DNA of 64,000 nt, taken from contig CAYJQY010000001.1 of assembly GCA_964372905.1 (NCBI GenBank), positions 8,777-72,776 of the forward strand, written 5' to 3'. This DNA comes from an uncultured Candidatus Saccharibacteria bacterium. Lineage in GTDB: Bacteria; Patescibacteriota; Doudnabacteria; UBA920. The position numbers and the translations under genes are program-made. The notes beneath the pieces were generated by a model. That model was given only the letters and a program-made list of their open reading frames with translations, did no database searches and had not been told where the DNA came from. Numbering within the stretch: the stretch's first letter is position 1; every line of letters begins with the position of its first letter. Below, piece after piece: positions 40,310-52,658 of the stretch.

Positions 40310-41363
40310 CTTTTTTGAACTGTTTCTTATTGGACAAACCGACTAAAATAGTGTTTTTCTTGACCAGCCGGCGCTTGAGCACCTCGTCCACGATTTCGTC
40401 CCGGGACAGGGGCCGCCCGCGCTCGGCCAGAATTTGCTTAATTATATCGGCGACCACGCCGGGTTTGTAACCCCATTCGGCCAGGGCGTAAATGCCACGG
40501 CCGACCAGAACAAATCGCGAGTCTTTAATGAGCTTATTATGCACCGTTTCCTTGTACGCCGTGCGCTTATCCAGGCGATTCTTGTTAATCAAATCGGTAA
40601 TGAGAGAATAGTGCTCGGGCTTACCATGATGCTTCATAACCAAATAGGCCTTGTCGCCCACATCCCTGGGCTTGATTTCATTCCAATGCTTAAGGCCAAA
40701 CTCGTCGAATGAGTTTTTTTCCACCTCGGCCGAGGTATGGAGGAAATTGCCGATAACTTTATCGGCGAAAGCCGCGCTGTTGGCACGGTAAAATTCGGTT
40801 TGTTTGAAGGCTTCCAAAAACTGCTCCAGGGACATGGGCTTACCTTGCGATTCAAATATCCTCTTGGCCTCATTGAGAAAGTCATCAAGCAGCTGTTTGC
40901 TGAAACCGACGCCGGCCCAGGAATGCCGGAGCTTATCGTGCTTCACCGGCTCGAGCTCCTGCAGGACGTTGAGCAAAAATCTCACGGCATTGGCCTCTTC
41001 TTCCGAGGTGACGCTTAAAAATTGCATAAGCTGGAGTTCTGCCATAATGCCGCCATGCTCCAAAATGGAGTTGAGCAGGAGATCGCGCGCTTGGGCCAGC
41101 TCACGTTCGTTCTGGATGCTGCGGCGGAGCTGCTTGAGCAGTTCCTTTTCAATCTGGCGCACGCGCTCGCGGGTTAACCCCTGCTCCTCGCCTACGGTTT
41201 TTAGCGTAGCAATGGAGTGGCCTTGCAAGCCATAGCGCTTGGCTAAAATATTCCGCTCTCGTTCCTTGAGAGGCTCAAAAATCTTATTAACAATCATGCT
41301 TAACTCAAATTGGCGCAATGATTGCTGTTGCTGCGTATCAATGATTTTATCTAAAATTCCCAT
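40269..41363 (-). CDS. protein with N-terminal sigma-70 region 4 helix-turn-helix followed by ~290-aa uncharacterised domain
   Basis: ERNILAKRYGLQGHSIATLKTVGEEQGLTRERVRQIEKELLKQLR matches sigma70 region 4.2 (xLRLRFGL...TLEEVG...TRERIRQIE.KALRKLR). The rest is unassigned. Confidence 0.5.
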   Translation of the reverse strand: MGILDKIIDTQQQQSLRQFELSMIVNKIFEPLKERERNILAKRYGLQGHSIATLKTVGEEQGLTRERVRQIEKELLKQLRRSIQNERELAQARDLLLNSILEHGGIMAELQLMQFLSVTSEEEANAVRFLLNVLQELEPVKHDKLRHSWAGVGFSKQLLDDFLNEAKRIFESQGKPMSLEQFLEAFKQTEFYRANSAAFADKVIGNFLHTSAEVEKNSFDEFGLKHWNEIKPRDVGDKAYLVMKHHGKPEHYSLITDLINKNRLDKRTAYKETVHNKLIKDSRFVLVGRGIYALAEWGYKPGVVADIIKQILAERGRPLSRDEIVDEVLKRRLVKKNTILVGLSNKKQFKKVGRNLYALAAQGS

Positions 41364-41502
41364 ATATAAGAGGAAAAACTACTTGCGTAGACATTAACTA
41401 CGTTTCATTAACCACAGTATAGCACAAATTTCTCTTATTGTCAAATATTTGGCCTAACAAAATTCTAACCAAAAATAGGCAAGGATCTTGTCCCTATCCT
41501 AA

Positions 41503-41593
41503 GCCGCCTCGCCGGTTGCCCGCCAGCAGCAGAGTTGCACATATGTTTCTCGGTGCAAATGCTGCTGGCTGGACACACCGGCTTCGGCGGCCT
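41503..41593 (+). repeat. intergenic hairpin repeat element, copy D
   Basis: gccgcctcgccggttgcccgccagcagcagagttgcacatatgtttctcggtgcaaatgctgctggctggacacaccggcttcggcggcc. Inner stem ccagcagca/tgctgctgg is compensatory. Confidence 0.85.
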
Positions 41594-41643
41594 GTGGATC
41601 ATTTCAAAACCTTTGCCTCTTTCTAGATTAGATATAGGCAAAC

Positions 41644-42534
41644 TTATGCTTTTCGTGTCCGCCATTTCTGCCATAGCACCAAAATGGGACTGGCCACGAA
41701 AATTGAGGAATAGGTTCCCGTAATTATTCCAATAAATAAAGCCAAAACGAAATAGCGGATAGTTTCGCCGCCGAAAAGCAAGAGCGCCAGCAAAACAAAA
41801 AGCACCGTTAAGCTCGTATTGAGCGAGCGCACCAGGGTTTGAGTGATGCTGCGGTTAACAACGAACTCCAGGGTCTGGCCAGCGTAAACTTTCAAATTTT
41901 CGCGGATGCGGTCGAACACGACTATAGTATCATGCACGCTGAAGCCCAGCACGGTGAGCATAGCCGTAACAAACATACTGTCTATCTCCACTCCTTTGAA
42001 ATGGCCGAGCAAAGAAAAAATCCCCAGCACCACCAGCAAGTCATGAAGTAAAGCGATAATCGCCGCCCAACCAAACCGCCAGGGCGTAACAGGCCGGCTC
42101 ACGCGCCGGAACGCGTAAGCAATATACAGCACAATTCCTATCGAAACTAAAGCCAACTGCTTTATGGCATTGCTCGTCAGTTCCTTGCCGATAACCGGAT
42201 CAATAAACTCAAAACGGCTTTCATCAAACTCGCCGACTTCGGATTTAAGCTTATCCAAAATTTGGTTGTGCTGGTCATTATCGATTCTTTTGGTGCGAAT
42301 GATCAGCCCGCTATTATCCGTGGTTTGCAAAAGGAACTCGCCGACTTGCGCCCCCGTCAGCACTTCCCGTACCTTTGCCGCGTCATAGGACTGCTTGAAC
42401 CGCAATTCCATCAAACTGCCGCTGGTAAAGTCAATGCCCGGCTTGAGTCCGAACAAAATCAGCGAAACAATCCCCGTGAGCACTATGACTCCGGAAAAAG
42501 CAAAAAGGTATTTGTAATAATTAAGTAATTTCAT
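41644..42534 (-). CDS. secF: protein translocase subunit SecF
   Basis: 296 aa, 6 TM helices, SecD/SecF family sequence; downstream of secD. Confidence 0.85.
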   Translation of the reverse strand: MKLLNYYKYLFAFSGVIVLTGIVSLILFGLKPGIDFTSGSLMELRFKQSYDAAKVREVLTGAQVGEFLLQTTDNSGLIIRTKRIDNDQHNQILDKLKSEVGEFDESRFEFIDPVIGKELTSNAIKQLALVSIGIVLYIAYAFRRVSRPVTPWRFGWAAIIALLHDLLVVLGIFSLLGHFKGVEIDSMFVTAMLTVLGFSVHDTIVVFDRIRENLKVYAGQTLEFVVNRSITQTLVRSLNTSLTVLFVLLALLLFGGETIRYFVLALFIGIITGTYSSIFVASPILVLWQKWRTRKA

Positions 42535-42546
42535 ACTGGTTTTTTC

Positions 42547-44076
42547 TCAAATTGATGCTGGCGGCGTAACCCCCTGCGCCTGCTCCGGCATTTCTTTCTT
42601 GAACCGCCTCACGCCAAACAGCCAGGGATGGGTCAGCACATGATTGCCCACAAATAATTTCAGGAATGTCCGGGTAATTGAAATGGCGGTAAACATCGAA
42701 ATTAAAATACCCACACCTAAAGTTACGGCAAATCCTTTAATGGACGGCGTGCCGAAGGCGTACAAAATAATTGTGGTAATCAGACTCGATACGTTGGAGT
42801 CACGGATGGACAGCCAGGCCCGGTTGAATCCATCGTCAATGGCCTTTTCGATGTCTTTGCCGGCGCGGATTTCTTCCTTGATTCTTTCAAAAATCAGAAT
42901 GTTGGCATCCACGGCCATGCCAACTGATAAAATAAAGCCGGCGATTCCGGCCAAAGTTAAAGTCACCGGCGACAAACCGTGCAAAAACAGCAGGCCGATA
43001 TAGCTTACCAGGGCGAGTAGCCCAAACCAGCCGCTTACAGTTAGTCCGAGGAGAAAGAACAACCCCACTAAAATTATCGCCGTAAAAGAAATTCCGACCT
43101 TAAAAATGGCAAAAGCGATAAGGGCGTAAATAATCAAGGCTAACACCGCCAGGAATCCAGGGAAGCGGTAATAGCCAATCATGAACACGGCAATCAGTAT
43201 CAGTCCGATAATTCCGGCGACAATTGATTTCTGTATTGACTCCTGCCCGAGCGTGGCGCCGACATTCTGCTGGGAAATTAAGCGAATCGGCACGGGCAAA
43301 GCCCCGCTGTTGAGGCGGGTGGCCAACTCTTTGGCCTGCTGGGTCGTGAAGTTGCCGGAGATGATGGCTGTGCCGTTGGTAATGGCGCTTTGGACTACGG
43401 GCGCGCTTAGAATCTCGCCATCGAGAAAGATGGCGATGCGCTTGCCAATATTCTGGCTGGTAAGTTCGGAAAAGAGTTTCGTTCCTTCAGAATCAAATTC
43501 TAGGCGCACCACCACTTCCTGGCCTACTCCCGCCCCCTGCTGGATATCGGCCGTGGCGCGCTTTAAGTTTTTGCCGGACAAGCCCGTGGGCAACCATGAA
43601 TCGCCGCCTATGGGATCCAATTGAACTTTGCCGCTGGCATCTATGGTAGGAGTTGGCGCCTGGGTATTAGGATTTTCCAGCTTAAACTCCATAAACGGGG
43701 TCTGGCCAATTTGCTTGATGGCTTCGTTAACATCTTTAATGCCCGGCAGTTCCACAATGATTTTATCGCTTCCCTCTACCTGGATCAGCGGTTCGGCCAC
43801 GCCAAAAGCGTTGACGCGGCGCTCGACTATGTCGCGCGCGCCGATTAAAGCGTCCCGACGGTTGGCCTGATCAACCTGGCTTAAATCGGCCTGGTAAACC
43901 AAGTGCGACCCGCCCTGCAAATCCAAACCCAATTTAACCGGAAAATTCTGGCTGTAGCGGATTCCAATCTTATTTAAGTCGATTTTACTGTACTTAGGGT
44001 AGTCAATATAGGCCGCGCCGGCAGCAAGGAGAACAATGCCCAGGAGGGCGGCAAATAATCGTAAATTTCGTTTCAT
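42547..44076 (-). CDS. secD: protein translocase subunit SecD
   Basis: 509 aa with large periplasmic domain and C-terminal 5-TM bundle typical of SecD. Confidence 0.85.
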   Translation of the reverse strand: MKRNLRLFAALLGIVLLAAGAAYIDYPKYSKIDLNKIGIRYSQNFPVKLGLDLQGGSHLVYQADLSQVDQANRRDALIGARDIVERRVNAFGVAEPLIQVEGSDKIIVELPGIKDVNEAIKQIGQTPFMEFKLENPNTQAPTPTIDASGKVQLDPIGGDSWLPTGLSGKNLKRATADIQQGAGVGQEVVVRLEFDSEGTKLFSELTSQNIGKRIAIFLDGEILSAPVVQSAITNGTAIISGNFTTQQAKELATRLNSGALPVPIRLISQQNVGATLGQESIQKSIVAGIIGLILIAVFMIGYYRFPGFLAVLALIIYALIAFAIFKVGISFTAIILVGLFFLLGLTVSGWFGLLALVSYIGLLFLHGLSPVTLTLAGIAGFILSVGMAVDANILIFERIKEEIRAGKDIEKAIDDGFNRAWLSIRDSNVSSLITTIILYAFGTPSIKGFAVTLGVGILISMFTAISITRTFLKLFVGNHVLTHPWLFGVRRFKKEMPEQAQGVTPPASI

Positions 44077-44257
44077 TTCAAAGCTTAATAAAAAGGCTCA
44101 AATCAGCCTGGGAATATTATATGACAGTATGAGATTTTTTGCAATTTTAGCTGTCAAAAAAATTACCCTTGCCGCTTTTATTACCTAATTCTTTTAAGGC
44201 GTTGGAAGTGCTTGGTTCGTTTAAAAGATAATTTCCGGCTGATCTGGCAATTATATC

Positions 44258-44611
44258 TCAAGAGGTGGCGAGCAGCTCCTCCACTGCCGAACGCAGCGTT
44301 TTCAACTTTGACTTAAACATGTTTTTGGAAAGAATGCTTGGAACATCATATACCAGATAAAATGGGATCAATTCTATTCCGGTAATGCCGTGCTGTCGTA
44401 ATTCTGATTTAACCTGGCGAGAATTAGTTAGCGGCTGCTTGCCCTGTTTGATCCACAAAGCAGTTGTATTGGGACACATCTTTTGGTTGCCAATAAAGGA
44501 GTGAGCACAAATTTCATTAGCATTCAGGCGCTGGTCGAGTTCAAACAACTGATCTCTGGATAAATTCAGTTTCTTTAGAATGCGTCTATATAAACCGGCA
44601 GTAATAGACAT
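44258..44611 (-). CDS. hypothetical protein
   Basis: 117 aa ORF between secA and secD; no motif. Confidence 0.35.
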   Translation of the reverse strand: MSITAGLYRRILKKLNLSRDQLFELDQRLNANEICAHSFIGNQKMCPNTTALWIKQGKQPLTNSRQVKSELRQHGITGIELIPFYLVYDVPSILSKNMFKSKLKTLRSAVEELLATS

Positions 44612-44614
44612 AAG

Positions 44615-47398
<2,784 letters not shown>

Positions 47399-47495
47399 TT
47401 ACGTAAATATAATGAGTAAATACTAACCTAGTATACAGGAAACCGGTCAATAAAAAAAGCTGGCTGCGAGCGTTAATCGTCCTGACATTTTTAGA

Positions 47496-47822
47496 CTAGC
47501 GTTTGAAAATCGACCCCAAACGGCGCCGCAAACTGACGCGCTTGTCTTTGGGCTTTACTAATTGTTCCTTGATCTTGGGGATGACTAGATCCAAGGCCTC
47601 GTAAAAGTCGTTACCGTGGACATCAGCATATTGCCCATGGGGCTGAATATGAACCTCTGCCCGATAGGCGCCGGAGCCGGCATGCTTTAAATCATATTCA
47701 ACTTCAACATGGATTTTGTCTTCGGGCTGCAGAAATCTGTCCAAAACCGAAAGCTTGTCCTCTACAGCGGCGCGAATCGCCGGCGTGAGGGTTGTGTTAG
47801 TGGCTTTGATGTTGATGTACAT
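47496..47822 (-). CDS. hpf: ribosome hibernation promoting factor (short HPF/RaiA)
   Basis: MYINIKATNTTLTPAIRAAVEDKLSVLDRF...VHIQ, the sigma-54 modulation protein/S30EA fold. Confidence 0.8.
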   Translation of the reverse strand: MYINIKATNTTLTPAIRAAVEDKLSVLDRFLQPEDKIHVEVEYDLKHAGSGAYRAEVHIQPHGQYADVHGNDFYEALDLVIPKIKEQLVKPKDKRVSLRRRLGSIFKR

Positions 47823-47852
47823 AGATTTGTATTATAAGTTGGCCTACAGAAA

Positions 47853-47882
47853 AAGTCTATTCTGCTGCTCGCGAGCACCTGG
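47853..47882 (-). repeat. truncated copy (3' half only) of the intergenic hairpin repeat
   Basis: ctgctgctcgcgagcacctggcgaggctg matches the terminal arm (ctgctgcttgcgggcaccggcgaggcc) of copy A; lies between hpf and murB. Confidence 0.55.
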
Positions 47883-47890
47883 CGAGGCTG

Positions 47891-48985
47891 TTATAGGGCA
47901 AAATAATTTTTAAGCTCGGCTTCGCTAAATCCCACCAGTTCCGGCTCCAAATCCAATTTCATACCGGTCCTGGCATAGACCGTTTGGCGGACCTGCTTCA
48001 TTAGACTTAACACATCATGAGCGGTGGCCGTACCGCTATAATTGAGCAGGACCAGGGGTTGGGTTTCGTTGATTTTTGCGCCGTCAACGCGCGCGCCTTT
48101 CAGACCACAAAGATCGATTAAAAAAGCCGTGGGGATTTTTATGCCTTCTGGTCCGCTAAGCCGCGCGCGGTAATTCTGAAGTTTGTCTAAAATCACATCA
48201 TTAAAATTTTCTTTAATTTTTTTTGATAAAAACTCGAAGTCAGTTTCGGATATAACCAAATTTTTGAAAAACGAACCGGCATTGGGAATTTTATCGGGCG
48301 TAGTAAATTTCTTGTTTCTGATTTCGATGATAGCCGCGCGGATTTGACTCAAAGTCGGTTGACTGATACCGCGTTGGGTGAAATATGCTTGAACATCGGC
48401 ATAACTTAAATTGGGCCGCCCGCCGGGATGCAGCCGCAAAGCCGTTTGTAAAATTATGTAACGGCCTTTTTGCGTGGTGTTAAAAATGCTTTTGCGATAA
48501 GCGAAACCGCACTCCGAGTTAAACAATAATTTGATAGTATTATCGGTTAAATCTAAAGCCCTGACCCATTCCACGACCTGACTGGCCTCCTGCCCGTAAG
48601 CGCCCACGTTTTGCACGGCAAAAGCGCCCACGCTGCCGGGAATGTGAGAAAGATTTTCTATTCCCCACCAGCCGCGTTCCGCGGCCAGCGTCGCCACATC
48701 ATCCCAGCGTTCGCCAGCCGAACAATGTAGCAATATGTCGCCATTGGCTTCAGCCGAAGTTATGCCGGTAATTTCCAGTTTGATCACCAAGCCGTCGAAG
48801 CCGCGGTCACTAATGAGCAGATTGCTGCTGCCTCCGATCAATAAAATTGGCAGATGCTCTTGTTTGGCGCGTTCAATGGCTTGGCGAAGTTCGCCCAGAG
48901 TTTTGACGCGACAAAACAAGCGGGCCGGGCCGCCGATGAGGAAACTGGCGTATCGGGCTAGCGGGATATTGTTTTGAAAATCCAT
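47891..48985 (-). CDS. murB: UDP-N-acetylenolpyruvoylglucosamine reductase
   Basis: FAD-binding N-terminus (LIGGPARLF...ILLIGGSSNLL) and MurB C-terminal domain. Confidence 0.8.
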   Translation of the reverse strand: MDFQNNIPLARYASFLIGGPARLFCRVKTLGELRQAIERAKQEHLPILLIGGSSNLLISDRGFDGLVIKLEITGITSAEANGDILLHCSAGERWDDVATLAAERGWWGIENLSHIPGSVGAFAVQNVGAYGQEASQVVEWVRALDLTDNTIKLLFNSECGFAYRKSIFNTTQKGRYIILQTALRLHPGGRPNLSYADVQAYFTQRGISQPTLSQIRAAIIEIRNKKFTTPDKIPNAGSFFKNLVISETDFEFLSKKIKENFNDVILDKLQNYRARLSGPEGIKIPTAFLIDLCGLKGARVDGAKINETQPLVLLNYSGTATAHDVLSLMKQVRQTVYARTGMKLDLEPELVGFSEAELKNYFAL

Positions 48986-49043
48986 TGGTCAGAAATTACC
49001 CGGTAGGGTTGAGAATTATACTCCTAAAAGTTTAAGTCGAGAA

Positions 49044-50474
49044 TTACGCGCCTGGCCCCGAGGCAAAGGCCTCCAGCAACTCATAACCGAGGCGGTAAAA
49101 ATCGCCCACGGCCATAACGATAATCACATCGCCGGGTTGGGCCTGCGCTTTCAGCAACTTCAGCACTTCGGTTTTGGTGTGAACTAATCGCGCGCCGGGA
49201 TGATTTTTTTGCACCGAGGCCACGACTTCATCAGAAGTGATATCATGCTGTTTGGCGTTTTCCCGCGCCGGATAAATATCAGAAATTATTACCTGATCTG
49301 CCGCTTTGAAACTTAAGGCCAACTCGGGCAAAGTGGCGCGGGTGCGGCTAAAGGTATGCGGTTCAAAAATTGCCCAAATCCGCTTGTTCGGGTAGCGCAA
49401 CCGCGCCGCTTCCAAAGTGCGCGCTATGGCCGTAGGATGATGGGCATAATCATCTATTACAATAATTCCATTGTGCTCGCCAAGCACTTCAAACCGCCGT
49501 TTAATGCCAGTGTAAGTTTTTAGATGTTGGCTGACGAGTTCGTAGGGAAACCCCAGGGCGCGGAGAGTAGTAATCGCCGCCAAGGCGTTGCGAACGTTCA
49601 TTGCGCCGGGCAAAGCTATAGTATAGCTTTCCCGACGCGGCGCGCCTTTGTTAATGGCATTTACGATCTCGAATTCGGTCCGGTCCGGCAAATATTTAAT
49701 GTTTTCGGCGCGCGCATCTGCCGGGCTGTCAATGCCAAAACTGAAATTGCGGGCGTGGCCGCGAAAGGCCAAATCGTGCAGTAAGGCGTCATCGGCGTTG
49801 TAAATCACCAGTCCGTCTTCGGGCACATTGGCCAACATCTGGCCGAATTCGTCTTTGAGCTGGTCGAGACTTTCGAACACATCCGGATGATCATACTCAA
49901 GATTGGTGAGAACGGCTATGTCCGGACGATAATGGTGAAATTTCGGCGTCGGGTCGTCAAAAGTTGACCGGTATTCATCGCCCTCAAAAATAAAATAATG
50001 TCCGCTGCCCGAATGAAAATTACTCCCTTCGTTATTGAGCACCGCGCCCACCATAAACGAGCTGTTATCCAACTGCTTTAAGACAAAGCCCAGCCAACCG
50101 GCGGTAGTAGATTTTCCGTTGGTCCCGGCGACAACAATGCGGATACGCTCGCGGGCCAGCGCCGCGGCCAGCGCGCTAAAAGAATAATAAGGAACGTTGT
50201 TTTTAGCCAGATAGGATACTTCGGGATTAGTCAGATCCTCGCCGGCCGAAACAATATAGAGATCGGTGTGGGCCCGTGCAATATTATCCTCACTGTAGCC
50301 TTTATTATACTCAATTTTGAGACGCTCCAACATGCTGGCTGCCGGCTCATAAACTTGCGCTTGGTCACTGCCGGAAACAGAAAAACCCGCCTCCTCGGCC
50401 AAGCCGGCCACTGCTGACATCCCGATTCCGCCGATGCCAATAAAATAAATTTTTTCGACTAGTTCAAGCTCCAT
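49044..50474 (-). CDS. murC: UDP-N-acetylmuramate--L-alanine ligase
   Basis: IYFIGIGGIGMSAVA N-terminal motif and VAGTNGKSTTAGWL P-loop. Confidence 0.85.
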   Translation of the reverse strand: MELELVEKIYFIGIGGIGMSAVAGLAEEAGFSVSGSDQAQVYEPAASMLERLKIEYNKGYSEDNIARAHTDLYIVSAGEDLTNPEVSYLAKNNVPYYSFSALAAALARERIRIVVAGTNGKSTTAGWLGFVLKQLDNSSFMVGAVLNNEGSNFHSGSGHYFIFEGDEYRSTFDDPTPKFHHYRPDIAVLTNLEYDHPDVFESLDQLKDEFGQMLANVPEDGLVIYNADDALLHDLAFRGHARNFSFGIDSPADARAENIKYLPDRTEFEIVNAINKGAPRRESYTIALPGAMNVRNALAAITTLRALGFPYELVSQHLKTYTGIKRRFEVLGEHNGIIVIDDYAHHPTAIARTLEAARLRYPNKRIWAIFEPHTFSRTRATLPELALSFKAADQVIISDIYPARENAKQHDITSDEVVASVQKNHPGARLVHTKTEVLKLLKAQAQPGDVIIVMAVGDFYRLGYELLEAFASGPGA

Positions 50475-50476
50475 GG

Positions 50477-51490
50477 CTAAACAACTTTTATTGAATCGGG
50501 TCGGCGCTGCGGCTGACGCTGGCGCTTATCTTGGTGCTCGGCCACGGCTTGTTTGATTTGGGGCGCGTACTCGCGGCCTGTGCTGCGGCCTAGTTCGTAC
50601 AACAACGGGATTTGGCTAAAATTAGTTAGGCCCAAATTTTCGAAGGAGGGACGGATAAAAATGTCGCATTGCTGTTTAAGCGCTTCGATGTTGTCGTGCT
50701 TCTCGGCTTCAATGGCCAGATCAATAGCGCGTCCAAGTACCGTAAACATGCCGGGACGGGCGCGCGCTATCTCTTCCAGACTGGGGAAGTAGCTTAGAAA
50801 ATCCGAACCCACGAACAGGCGGTAAAGCCAATTATACAAACGTTCAGCGCGGTCTATCAAAAAAATTTTCTTGAACAGTTTCAGTATCTGCCGCGCGCGC
50901 ATTTGATTTTTGGTAAAGATGTGACTGGTGCCGCGCATGTTTATGCCGACCACAACATCCATGCCCGCCTGGCGCGCCACGTCCACCGGCATAATATTCA
51001 ACAGCCCGCCGTCAATCAACATGCGGCTGCCCCACTGCACCGGCTCAAAAATCCCCGGCAGAGTGCAGGAAATGCGGGCCGCGTGGGCGATATCTCCCAT
51101 GCTCAACACTACCTGCTCGCCTTTTTCGAGATCCACGCCGACAAAACCCATGAGCGGCCTGACGTCTTCAAACCGCAGATTCCTGGTCAGAACCCGCAAA
51201 GTTTCCTCGCCTTTATCTAAATTATAATAACCGCCCTTCTGGCTCCGTTCGAACAAACTAAACATAAATTCTTTATTCAAAGACAACGCCCGCTCCTTGA
51301 GCAAAGGCAAGGTTTTGCAGGCATAGCAAGCCGCCACAATGCAGGCGCTCGAGCACGCAACAATGTAGTCAAATTCAATTCCGGCTTCCTCCATGCTTTC
51401 CAGAAAGCCAATGTAAAACACGGAACGCTGGGCCGCGCCGCTTAAAGCCAAACCAAGTTTAGGGCTTCCATGTTTAAGACTTCCATTCAT
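50477..51490 (-). CDS. patatin-like phospholipase with non-canonical motifs
   Basis: Gly-rich oxyanion region LALSGAAQRS. Nucleophile-elbow position reads ACSSA rather than GxSxG. Catalytic DGG (IDGGLLNIMP) present. Confidence 0.55.
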   Translation of the reverse strand: MNGSLKHGSPKLGLALSGAAQRSVFYIGFLESMEEAGIEFDYIVACSSACIVAACYACKTLPLLKERALSLNKEFMFSLFERSQKGGYYNLDKGEETLRVLTRNLRFEDVRPLMGFVGVDLEKGEQVVLSMGDIAHAARISCTLPGIFEPVQWGSRMLIDGGLLNIMPVDVARQAGMDVVVGINMRGTSHIFTKNQMRARQILKLFKKIFLIDRAERLYNWLYRLFVGSDFLSYFPSLEEIARARPGMFTVLGRAIDLAIEAEKHDNIEALKQQCDIFIRPSFENLGLTNFSQIPLLYELGRSTGREYAPQIKQAVAEHQDKRQRQPQRRPDSIKVV

Positions 51491-52658
51491 GATATTTTGA
51501 AATTACCTTGAGAATTTCGTTAGCAATCTTTGCGGCCGACTGTCGCGGCATGAGCGCGCGCATATTTTCCTTCAGAATCTTCTGCACAGAAAGATCGAAT
51601 AGCAATCTCGTGATAACTTTCACGAGATGCCCCGGCGTTATTTCGCGCTGGTCGAGCACAATGGCCGCGCGGTTCTGCCACAACAACCAGGCATTATCTT
51701 CCTGATGGGTGTCCGGCATGGGTATGATAATGCTGACTCTTTCAAGATTCGACAATTCGGTAATAGTCGATAATCCCGCCCGCGAAATTATTATATCAGA
51801 GACGGCATAGGCCTGTCCTATGTTATCAAGAAATTCATATTGATGATAACGGGGCCAGCGGCTCGCGCCGGCTTCCTGCTTAGCCGCAAGGCCTTTACCC
51901 CGGCCGGTAACATGGATAATTTGCACTTTCCGGGTCAGTTGGGGCAGAGCCGAAACAATAAGCTGGTTGATTGGCGCGGCGCCGGTGCCGCCCCCAAGAA
52001 CCAGCACAGTCGGCCAGCTTGGATCCAGTTGAAATGCTTCTTGTCCAGCCGCGCGATTGCCGTCAAAAATCTCGCTCCGGCAAGGGTTGCCGGTAAGAAC
52101 TGTTTTCGGCGAAATTCGTTCGCGGTACAGACCCAGGCCTTGATGGAAATCTTGAAGCGAATGTTCAAAGGTCACGGTAATTCTTTTGGCGATTGGCGCG
52201 CAAAGCGAATTAGCCATGCTGGACGCAGCATCTTGCTGGTGAATGACTATGGGCACGCGCAGCACCCAGGCCGCCCACAAGGCCGGCACCTGGACAAAAC
52301 TTCCCGACCCAACCGCACAAAAAGGACGGAAGCGTTTAATGATCCGCAGCGCCTGGAAAAAACCAATAACAACCAAAAAAGGGGCAAACAAACTTTTTAA
52401 GGAAAAATAGCGGCGCAGTTTGCCGGCGCTAATAGCTTTAAATTCCCAGCCGGCCCGCTCCACCATGGCGCGCTCCGGGCCGTAGCCCGTTCCCAAAAAT
52501 AAGGCTTTTAGGGTAACTTTCCCGCTGGCGGCAAAATCGTTGAGTTCCCCGGCCACGGCCAAAAGAGGCGCTACCGGCCCGCCGCTGCCGCCGCCTGCAA
52601 AAAGTATGGGCAATTTGCGGGGGTACGATTTAGTCCGATTAGTCTGGTTCTGGAGCAT
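51474..52658 (-). CDS. murG: UDP-N-acetylglucosamine--N-acetylmuramyl-(pentapeptide) pyrophosphoryl-undecaprenol GlcNAc transferase
   Basis: ILFAGGGSGGPVAPLLAVAGEL N-terminal G-loop. GT28 architecture. Start taken at internal MLQNQ (the ORF-track start at 52820 overlaps the upstream GT gene by ~180 nt). Confidence 0.8.
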   Translation of the reverse strand: MLQNQTNRTKSYPRKLPILFAGGGSGGPVAPLLAVAGELNDFAASGKVTLKALFLGTGYGPERAMVERAGWEFKAISAGKLRRYFSLKSLFAPFLVVIGFFQALRIIKRFRPFCAVGSGSFVQVPALWAAWVLRVPIVIHQQDAASSMANSLCAPIAKRITVTFEHSLQDFHQGLGLYRERISPKTVLTGNPCRSEIFDGNRAAGQEAFQLDPSWPTVLVLGGGTGAAPINQLIVSALPQLTRKVQIIHVTGRGKGLAAKQEAGASRWPRYHQYEFLDNIGQAYAVSDIIISRAGLSTITELSNLERVSIIIPMPDTHQEDNAWLLWQNRAAIVLDQREITPGHLVKVITRLLFDLSVQKILKENMRALMPRQSAAKIANEILKVISKYHEWKS

